NCBI RefSeq assembly: GCF_001194135.2
Contig: NC_069005.1
Coordinates: 13,387,775 to 13,433,804 of the forward strand
Reading direction: 5' to 3'
DNA from: Octopus bimaculoides
Lineage: Eukaryota
DNA: 46,030 nt
Shown here one piece after another: positions 36,616 to 46,030 of the stretch (positions are counted from its first letter, which is position 1; every line of letters starts with the position of its first letter). The position numbers and the translations under genes were made by a program. Under the pieces are notes generated by a model that saw nothing but the letters and a program-made list of their open reading frames with translations, did not search any database and was not told where the DNA came from.

Positions 36616-37756
36616 NNNNNNNNNNNNNNNNNNNNNNNNNNNNNNNNNNNNNNNNNNNNNNNNNNNNNNNNNNNNNNNNNNNNNNNNNNNNNNNNNNNNN
36701 NNNNNNNNNNNNNNNNNNNNNNNNNNNNNNNNNNNNNNNNNNNNNNNNNNNNNNNNNNNNNNNNNNNNNNNNNNNNNNNNNNNNNNNNNNNNNNNNNNNN
36801 NNNNNNNNNNNNNNNNNNNNNNNNNNNNNNNNNNNNNNNNNNNNNNNNNNNNNNNNNNNNNNNNNNNNNNNNNNNNNNNNNNNNNNNNNNNNNNNNNNNN
36901 NNNNNNNNNNNNNNNNNNNNNNNNNNNNNNNNNNNNNNNNNNNNNNNNNNNNNNNNNNNNNNNNNNNNNNNNNNNNNNNNNNNNNNNNNNNNNNNNNNNN
37001 NNNNNNNNNNNNNNNNNNNNNNNNNNNNNNNNNNNNNNNNNNNNNNNNNNNNNNNNNNNNNNNNNNNNNNNNNNNNNNNNNNNNNNNNNNNNNNNNNNNN
37101 NNNNNNNNNNNNNNNNNNNNNNNNNNNNNNNNNNNNNNNNNNNNNNNNNNNNNNNNNNNNNNNNNNNNNNNNNNNNNNNNNNNNNNNNNNNNNNNNNNNN
37201 NNNNNNNNNNNNNNNNNNNNNNNNNNNNNNNNNNNNNNNNNNNNNNNNNNNNNNNNNNNNNNNNNNNNNNNNNNNNNNNNNNNNNNNNNNNNNNNNNNNN
37301 NNNNNNNNNNNNNNNNNNNNNNNNNNNNNNNNNNNNNNNNNNNNNNNNNNNNNNNNNNNNNNNNNNNNNNNNNNNNNNNNNNNNNNNNNNNNNNNNNNNN
37401 NNNNNNNNNNNNNNNNNNNNNNNNNNNNNNNNNNNNNNNNNNNNNNNNNNNNNNNNNNNNNNNNNNNNNNNNNNNNNNNNNNNNNNNNNNNNNNNNNNNN
37501 NNNNNNNNNNNNNNNNNNNNNNNNNNNNNNNNNNNNNNNNNNNNNNNNNNNNNNNNNNNNNNNNNNNNNNNNNNNNNNNNNNNNNNNNNNNNNNNNNNNN
37601 NNNNNNNATATATATATATATATATATAGGCATTGCAGTATGTACCTATGTGAATGCCTGTCTGTATGTATCTGTAAGTGGTGTGTTGTATCTTTCTGTA
37701 TCTGCGGGTGCCTCAGCCACATGGTTCTATGTCCAATCCCAATATAGATAGACAGG

Positions 37757-37826
<70 letters not shown>

Positions 37827-38169
37827 CGCATAAATGTATAAATTTATATATAGTCTTTATAAATTTATATATGTGTGTATGTATATATGCATACATACAT
37901 ATCTAGCTATCTAGCTATCTAGCTAGCTGTATGTCTGTCTATCTATTTATCTATCTAGCTAGCTAGCTAGCTAGCTATCTATATTGTAACCCGAAAAATA
38001 CTGGGTTTTGAATGCAGCATTAATTTTTAAGGTTGGTCAATTTTTCTCAGCAGGTCGATGGGCCGATTGAGCAAATCTATCGATAATGAACCTATGATAA
38101 CTACTGGAAGTCAAAATTTACTACAATGAAGAAAGATATATAATGACTATTACTTATGGCTTGTCTTGT

Positions 38170-38264
<95 letters not shown>

Positions 38265-38649
38265 TCAGCTCCAAACTTGCTGAAACCTACCTACCAGAAA
38301 GTACGAGGCAGGAATATAACCGAGTACTGGCACAAAATATTGACGTTCAACATAACATGTCTCACCTATTTATTTTTGAAAATAAAAAGACTACGGATGG
38401 CGAAACTGATATAGGAAACTGATTCACCATACATAGTCGGGCAAATTCTGTTGCCAAAACATATAAACAAGCACTTGGCATCAAACTATAGACCTATTGT
38501 TTATGCTTAAACGTTAGATAAAAGCATTAGCAGGCTGTTTGAATCAGCTCCATCAAGCACGTTTTAAGTTCAACAAAGTATGTAGTAATTGATAAGCAGG
38601 CATTAGGTGCAAAGGAGATTGTGCTAAGAGAATGCACCAGATAGCTTCA

Positions 38650-40806
38650 CTTTTGTTACCATGTTACTGTTAACATACACTGACGTTATTGCAGTTCATT
38701 TTGAAAACTAAAATTAAAAATTTATTCAAATAACTGTCATTATGGTGCTGGTATTTGGAATATAAATTAGCATAGAATTTTGTTACAAGGTATTCTGACC
38801 ACTTTGACAATTTTATCATATTACAATTAAGATACACAGCTTTTTGTTTCGATAAATAAAAAAAATTAAGTATTTAGTGAAATAACTTTGTCATTAAGCT
38901 GGTGTTTGGGACACAAATTAACAAGGAATTTTGATGGAAAATTTAAATATAAATCACCTTAACGCTTTTGTTGTCATATTACTGTTGCAATACACTTTGT
39001 TTAAATTAATTTTGTGAAACAATCACTTGGTCATTACGCTAGCGTTTGGAACAGAAATTAACCTGGAACTTTGATGGAAGGTTTAAATTTAGTTCACCTT
39101 AACCCTTTTATTACCATATTATTGTTGATATTCTGATCACTGACAATTTTATCATATTACCATCAAAATACACAGCTTTTATTTCAATAAATAAAAAAAC
39201 TGAGTGTTTCAATAAATTTTAAGAAATAATGAAGCCTTTATTCAAATAACATTGTCGTTATGAAGATGATGTTAATCCATTTAACCCTAGAGGTACCATA
39301 TGGCACCGCGAAAATTGGGTATAAAAACAACTTTATAACAACGACAGGAACAGTAATTTCTATGGAACATGTATTGGACATGTTAGGAATGGTTCGTGCC
39401 TCAATGTATGATGCAACAAAACTTTGGAATACAATGGTACTGGTACACTGAGAGCAAACAGATTAGATGCTTCGTGTCCTATTTCTTCTGTACGCAGTTT
39501 TGATATAAATAAAAAAAAAAAGAACGAGGCTTTTCAGCGACTGTCACCAGAGTCCTGGAATCCAATGATACAAAAATCATCAGGTGGAAAGATCACGCTG
39601 TTGTGACACTGGGATCCACCATTCATGGGAAGAACCCTGTTAACAAAGTCAAGCGCTGGTCTAAAGAGAAGTCAAAACACATAAAGGTACCAATTCCTCA
39701 GGCAGCGTGTAATTCCAATAAGAATATGGGAGGAATTGATCAGATGGAGCAAAACATCAACGCGTATCGTATTGGCATACGTGGGAAAAAATGATGGTGG
39801 AGTCTTTTCACTTAGACTTTAGATGTCTCCATTCAAAATGCTTGGATTTTAGCACGAGAAAAGGGTTCTGCATTAATGGGATCAATGTGATCAATGGGAC
39901 TTCAGAAGAGCAGTTGCTATGTCATACTTGCGAAGATTTCGGGTTCAGTCAAAAAGTTCCGACAAAAATTGGAAATCATGTCCAGGAGATTCTGAACACT
40001 ATGTGCGACCAGTAGTTGGGGCAGAGGGAGAGAGAGAGAGAGAGAGAGTGATGGGGCAGACTCAAGCTGAATGTGAAAAATGTGATGTGGGATTATGTAT
40101 CTCGAGTTTTGCAAATTGTCATAAAAAATAATCTGTTGCTACCGTGACTAACACATAATGTATGAAATATATGATAAAGGAGCATTTTTTTCAATAATAA
40201 TTACCATAAAATGTATCATATTGCCATTTTTTTTTTGTTATTTTCACTGCTATGAAAAGAGAAACATATTATACATTTGATTACTGGATAAAAAAGGAAG
40301 AAATTACCACAGTTGTATTTTTGTGCCCTTATTATCCTAGCGCTGTCATATGGCACCTGTGTTTATTTGAGAATGTATTTTGAATTTTACATTTTTCCTT
40401 CAACTAACTCTTAAACAAAGTTTCAGCAAAATCAGAAATAAAAAAATTATTCCCGGGTTAAAGACATAAATTTACATGGAATTTTCAGAGGAAGTTTTAG
40501 TTTAGATCACTTTAACCCTTTTGTTGCCATATTACTGTTGAAAGATATTGAATTTGTTTCAGAAAATTCTGGAATTTCGTCAAAGTAATTTTGTCGTTTT
40601 TAAGCTAATGTTTGGAAAAGAATGTTGTTTGAAGGTTTTAGCTTATATCACTTAAAATCAAATAACCCTGTCATTATTAAGTTGGTGTTTAAGGCATAAA
40701 TTAATATGAAATTTAAATGAAGGGATTAATTTAGATCATTTAAAACAAGAAGTTTGTATCGTAGATCCAAGAGTAATCTGAAATGGATCAGTAACAAAAT
40801 GGTTAC
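38650..40806 (+). repeat. Array of TTAA-bounded AT-rich units with piggyBac-MITE-like ends
   Basis: CTTTTGTTACC/TTAACCCTTTT unit starts at 38650, 38959, 39099 and 40512. One inverted end, GTAACAAAATGGTTA, at 40791-40805. Confidence 0.7.
39276..40457 (+). mobile_element. piggyBac relic, internally deleted; C-terminal half of transposase
   Basis: TTAA at 39272-39275 and 40458-40461. Remnants GTGTLRANR, KVKRWSKE, NMGGID (third catalytic Asp), IRGKK*WW and a Cys-rich tail CEKCDVGLC. Subterminal palindrome CATATGGCACC occurs at both ends. Exact ends uncertain. Confidence 0.85.
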
Positions 40807-41007
40807 TTTATAAAGCGGTTATATCGGAAGTAGAAAGGAAATACATATCAGAAATTTAGTGGGGATTAAGGATGGCTTGATTAGATGAAAGCATTCGATT
40901 CTAAATTATGTTTTCGTCACTCTTCATTGTTGGGATCCTTTTGCTATGATGGCTGCTACGTTACAGCTTTGTATACTTTGTGAACTTTATTGTATTTGGT
41001 ACTCTTT

Positions 41008-41060
<53 letters not shown>

Positions 41061-41164
41061 TCTACCCCATCNNNNNNNNNNNNNNNNNNNNNNNNNNNNN
41101 NNNNNNNNNNNNNNNNNNNNNNNNNNNNNNNNNNNNNNNNNNNNNNNNNNNNNNNNNNNNNNNN

Positions 41165-41201
<37 letters not shown>

Positions 41202-41849
41202 GATATTAAGGTTTCCCAGCTGAACCACAGTAGGTTTGAAGAGAAGCATCAAAACGCAAGACGTGTAAGCTTAACTAAGAACGTTATAATAGTTCTTAGT
41301 TGACGGATTCAATCCAGCCACCGATATCACAACACTACCTCGCCTTTAGATTCTGTCTATCGCTCAATATTTTAACACAGTCCTCACTACTAGCAAGCTC
41401 GGTTATAATACTGCGCTAGAGAAACGTTATAGAATCGATTTGCTTCTGTTTCATCTGATAAAAAGGCTAATGAAGAGACCCCTACCCAGAAAAACTTTGC
41501 CTCGCATAGATCTATGTATGTGGTTTGTCGAATGAGACCCACAGAGTATTGACAGAGTGAAGTGCCGCTTTTCAGTAAGTAAATTAACATCCCAATGCTG
41601 CAGCATTGCGATATATTGTGTAGTTACCATATTTCGTACATTTGAAACAGTCCAATGCATAAACATAAAGAATAGATATATAACATGATGGGTGGTATAA
41701 TGGAAATAGCGTAACCCAGAACAGATAATAAAATAAGTAACAGATCATTTATTAGCTAAGGTTTTCGTTGAGCAGAGTGACGCAGGAGAAGCATGCAGGC
41801 CCCCGTGATGTATAACTGACCGTAATCCTAACATTGCTCAGGACCGGAC

Positions 41850-41990
41850 GCTATCCCGCCACAGGGTTGATCAATTTATGAATTTCACTGGCTGAGTAGA
41901 CTGGTGCAACGTGAAATGAAGTATTTTGATTAAGAGTTCAACGCACCCCACCCCCTGTCTGAGATTCGACACCACTATCCTTAGAGGCCA
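41850..41990 (-). mobile_element. Old SINE relic with a CORE/V-like segment
   Basis: GCAACGTGAAATGAAGTATTTTGATTAAGAG resembles the reverse complement of a CTTGAGCAAGACACTT-type domain. Confidence 0.35.
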
Positions 41991-42959
41991 CACGAATCAC
42001 AAAGTCATGCGCCTTCACCTTCAGTCCTTGACACAGAGGAATGCCCAGGATGAAAGAGCTGGAGGCAGGCAAGTAGACAGACAGACAGGCAGCGTTGCAC
42101 TGCACCAACAGCAAGATGCACCATATTTTGTCCAACGTTCTAATGCCTGTGTCCCTCGACCTCACTGGGTACTGGTTTAACATTCAATGCAGCTAAGATC
42201 GTTACTCTCACAGTATGAAGTTAACAATTTCTCAAAAAGAATGGCAAGGACTTACGATATAACTTTATGATGTTATACGATACACACAGCTTCTGGATGA
42301 GAGAAAGAGAGAAAGGTCTTTGACCTCTTCATAAAATTGAAACGGTGTGTTGTTTTGTTGTTATTGTGGATGGGGAGAGGTGATAATGTATGAGGATACA
42401 AAAAGCGAGGCAAAGGAATATGATATCATCAGGATGGTTTGTAATAACACATGGAAGGGAAATGGATATCATAGTAAAGAGTCTTAAAGGATAGCGGGGG
42501 GGGGGTTGAACGAGTGGAGTGGAGTTTGGATAACTGATGTGTTGACGTGTGATGGACAGACGAGCAGTGGAAACTGGAGGAGATTGGTGCAGCAAACATA
42601 AAATGGGATGAATATGTGACTCCCATATGTAAAAAAAGAACAAAACAGAAACAGTAAGGATTTATTAGCGTATCTCTAAATATGTCAGTGACAGAGTGAG
42701 AGAGAAGGGCAGAGAAACAGAGACAAAGAAAGACAGAAGGAGTCAGAGAGGGACAGATCGAGACACAGAGAAAGAACGCGAGAGAAACAGAGAGAGAGAG
42801 AGAGAGAAGTACAACTGTGGTTTGTGATTTATGGATGTTTTACTTCCCTGGTTTTTTAATGCAGTTTTCGGTTTATCTTCAGTTTTAAGTGAGGTTTTGT
42901 AACATGACGAGGATGTTTGCTTGTTTGCTTTTGTTGTTAAAATATTTTGACGTGATTTA

Positions 42960-43810
42960 TTATTCATACGCTTCTGGTTTACGTGTAGTCCTGGCGTGTG
43001 GTTTGTAGTTTATATATGATATGTGAACGGTGTACGCATAAGTCCGTGTGCGTGTGTGGTTTTCATACGGCTTATGGGATGTTTCTGCCGTATGTGTGGT
43101 CTGTGCACAGGATTTTAGGTTCTCGAGTAAGATTTGTCCATGGTCTATCATTAATGTATAGCTTCTGTGTTGTGTATGCCTTATGTACGGTTTCTGTGAT
43201 GTATGCCCGGGTAAAAGATATGTGCAATGTGTACCGCGTACACAGTTTATTAATGTTGTGTATAACATATGTATGGTTTCTCTCTGGTGTATAACTTCTG
43301 TATGTCTTCTGTGTGGTTTATGTCTAATGTATGACTTCACTATAGATGTATGGCTTCTGTGTGGTTTCTGCGTTATTTATCGTTTCTATTTGTTAAAGAT
43401 TTGAGTGTGGTTTATACCTTACATATCCTTTTCTACTCTAGGCACAAGGCACGAAATTTTTGACGAGTGGGGGCCAGTCGATTAGAGCGACCCCAGTACG
43501 CAACTGGTACTTAATTTATCGACCCCGAAAGGACGAAAGGCAAATCGGCCTCAGAGGAATTTGAACTCAACGTAGACAGACGAAATACCGTTAAGCGTTT
43601 CGCCCGGCGTTGCTAATTATACCTTACATATCGTTGTGAGGTGTATGCTTTATCCAAGGATTTTGTATGATTTATGCCTTATGTATGACTCCTATAAGTT
43701 GTATGCCTTATATATAGTTTAAGTGTAGCGTATACCTTATGAATGGTTGCGTGCGGCGTGAAGCCATGGTATGGTCTCTGTGAAGTACATGCCTTATGTA
43801 TGACATTTGC
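42960..43810. repeat. Degenerate minisatellite-like tract with TGTGTGGTTT and TATGCCTTATGTATG motifs
   Basis: The motifs recur at about 43050, 43170, 43310, 43360, 43405, 43675, 43700 and 43790. Confidence 0.6.
43428..43616 (-). mobile_element. 5'-truncated family A SINE (tail type 2) with a perfect 16-bp TSD
   Basis: TTATACCTTACATATC at 43412-43427 and 43617-43632. Confidence 0.92.
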
Positions 43811-44235
43811 AGAGTATATACCGTATGAGTAAGGTGGGCTTCTTCACAGTTATCATTTGCAGCACAACTAGTTACCACATTGCCTCATTATGCCCTACTC
43901 CAAGACGGTGCCGTGTGATTTGAAGAAGACTTGGCTACTATTTCTAGCAGAAGCAGATGACCACGTAAAAGCTTCCTGGCGTATATATGCGGTTGGGTAA
44001 CGTGTATGGCTAGTGAGGGAGGGAGTTGTGTTGGTTTGTATTTACTTGTTTGTCGCTTCCAGTCATGCGGTGTTTACAATTTACGGCATCTGTGTTTCTT
44101 GAATTTGTTAATAGTGAACGAGTTAGCAATATTATATTATATTATATTGTGTTATATTCGCATCTGGTTATGACAATCCATGTATTATATTCACTACATA
44201 CATATGTATGCAGTACATACACACACACACACTCT

Positions 44236-44268
<33 letters not shown>

Positions 44269-44323
44269 ACACACATATATATATATGTATATATATATAT
44301 ATACATACATACATATAAATATA

Positions 44324-44360
<37 letters not shown>

Positions 44361-45196
44361 NNNNNNNNNNNNNNNNNNNNNNNNNNNNNNNNNNNNNNNN
44401 NNNNNNNNNNNNNNNNNNNNNNNNNNNNNNNNNNNNNNNNNNNNNNNNNNNNNNNNNNNNNNNNNNNNNNNNNNNNNNNNNNNNNNNNNNNNNNNNNNNN
44501 NNNNNNNNNNNNNNNNNNNNNNNNNNNNNNNNNNNNNNNNNNNNNNNNNNNNNNNNNNNNNNNNNNNNNNNNNNNNNNNNNNNNNNNNNNNNNNNNNNNN
44601 NNNNNNNNNNNNNNNNNNNNNNNNNNNNNNNNNNNNNNNNNNNNNNNNNNNNNNNNNNNNNNNNNNNNNNNNNNNNNNNNNNNNNNNNNNNNNNNNNNNN
44701 NNNNNNNNNNNNNNNNNNNNNNNNNNNNNNNNNNNNNNNNNNNNNNNNNNNNNNNNNNNNNNNNNNNNNNNNNNNNNNNNNNNNNNNNNNNNNNNNNNNN
44801 NNNNNNNNNNNNNNNNNNNNNNNNNNNNNNNNNNNNNNNNNNNNNNNNNNNNNNNNNNNNNNNNNNNNNNNNNNNNNNNNNNNNNNNNNNNNNNNNNNNN
44901 NNNNNNNNNNNNNNNNNNNNNNNNNNNNNNNNNNNNNNNNNNNNNNNNNNNNNNNNNNNNNNNNNNNNNNNNNNNNNNNNNNNNNNNNNNNNNNNNNNNN
45001 NNNNNNNNNNNNNNNNNNNNNNNNNNNNNNNNNNNNNNNNNNNNNNNNNNNNNNNNNNNNNNNNNNNNNNNNNNNNNNNNNNNNNNNNNNNNNNNNNNNN
45101 NNNNNNNNNNNNNNNNNNNNNNNNNNNNNNNNNNNNNNNNNNNNNNNNNNNNNNNNNNNNNNNNNNNNNNNNNNNNNNNNNNNNNNNNNNNNNNNN

Positions 45197-45247
<51 letters not shown>

Positions 45248-45720
45248 TATCTGCACACAGGCATATATAAATATAAGAACATATATACCTGTAGAAAAAT
45301 ATTTACATATGCATTATATATGCATATATATACACATATATATATGCATGTATATATATATATATATGCACACACAAATAATGCCTATGTATGCATAGTA
45401 TATATGTACGCATGTATGTACGTATGCATGTGTGTGTGCATGTATATGCAAACACATACATACATGCATTCGTATATTAACTTGTGCGTGTTTCTGTGTC
45501 TCAGTGTTTGATTGTAGCTGTGTGAGTTCGCGTGTGCGTTCGTGTGTGTCAGTGTGTGTATATGTGTGTGTGTGTGAGGAAGATTTCATGAATAATAATA
45601 GTAATAGTCGATGAGCAATAAAAATATACATTCCCCGACACAAACATGCAAAGAAACACCTGTAAACATACATGTGATTATGACTGTATAACACAAGACA
45701 TACTTCAGTTCTATATTTAA

Positions 45721-46030
45721 GAGATGAGGAATTATTTACATTATTTACATTATTTACATTTGACGGATATTTGTCCTCATCTTGTTTGTTGTTAACACAA
45801 CGTTTCGGCTGATATACCCTCCAGCCTTTGTCAGGTGTCTATGCCCACGGGCATATGGCGTAGTGGTTAAGAGTGCGGGCTACTAACCCCAAGATTCCGA
45901 GTTCGATTCACGGCAGCGACCTGATTAATAATAGTAATAATAATAATAATAATATAATAATAGTAACATCGTTAGGAATGAGAACCCAGGTTCAAAATTT
46001 CCCCACGAGACCTGACGAAGGCTGGAGGGT
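45721..46030. mobile_element. Palindromic (head-to-head) SINE structure, family D, with a hammerhead-like tail; runs off the window end
   Basis: tRNA head on + from about 45850 (A-box TGGCGTAGTGG 45856-45866, B-box GTTCGATTC 45901-45909). Tail 46008-46030 is the inverted repeat of 45816-45840. Central palindrome TATGCCC-AC-GGGCATA. Confidence 0.75.

Noticed and set aside
45850-45922. tRNA gene
   Set aside because: A and B boxes and an anticodon-like loop are present, but there is no convincing acceptor stem and it continues into a repeat body. It is a SINE head; the same applies to 36560-36615.

Overview
This is an AT-rich, repeat-saturated animal genomic window. The SINE, microsatellite and LINE landscape resembles Octopus (inference). 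Ten N-gaps total about 4.6 kb, and most are flanked by (TA)n or similar microsatellites. I can support no intact host gene, no true tRNA or rRNA and no CRISPR array; most long ORFs in the track are gap or microsatellite artefacts. DNA transposons: three Mariner families (one present twice with a shared catalytic-core deletion), an internally deleted Helitron with both termini, and a piggyBac relic inside a TTAA-bounded repeat array. Retroelements: three RTE-type LINE fragments, an RT-less L1/Tx1-like LINE inserted in an (ATT)n microsatellite with a 12-bp TSD, a Penelope-like (PLE) relic, and about 20 tRNA-derived SINE copies from at least four families, including a head-to-tail array. The most notable signal is about eight Penelope-type minimal hammerhead ribozyme motifs, three with intact catalytic cores. 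One hammerhead-like tail sits on a SINE arranged as a palindromic head-to-head dimer. One weak host-exon candidate exists (poly-Asn, Ser/Thr-rich, CYVCG).
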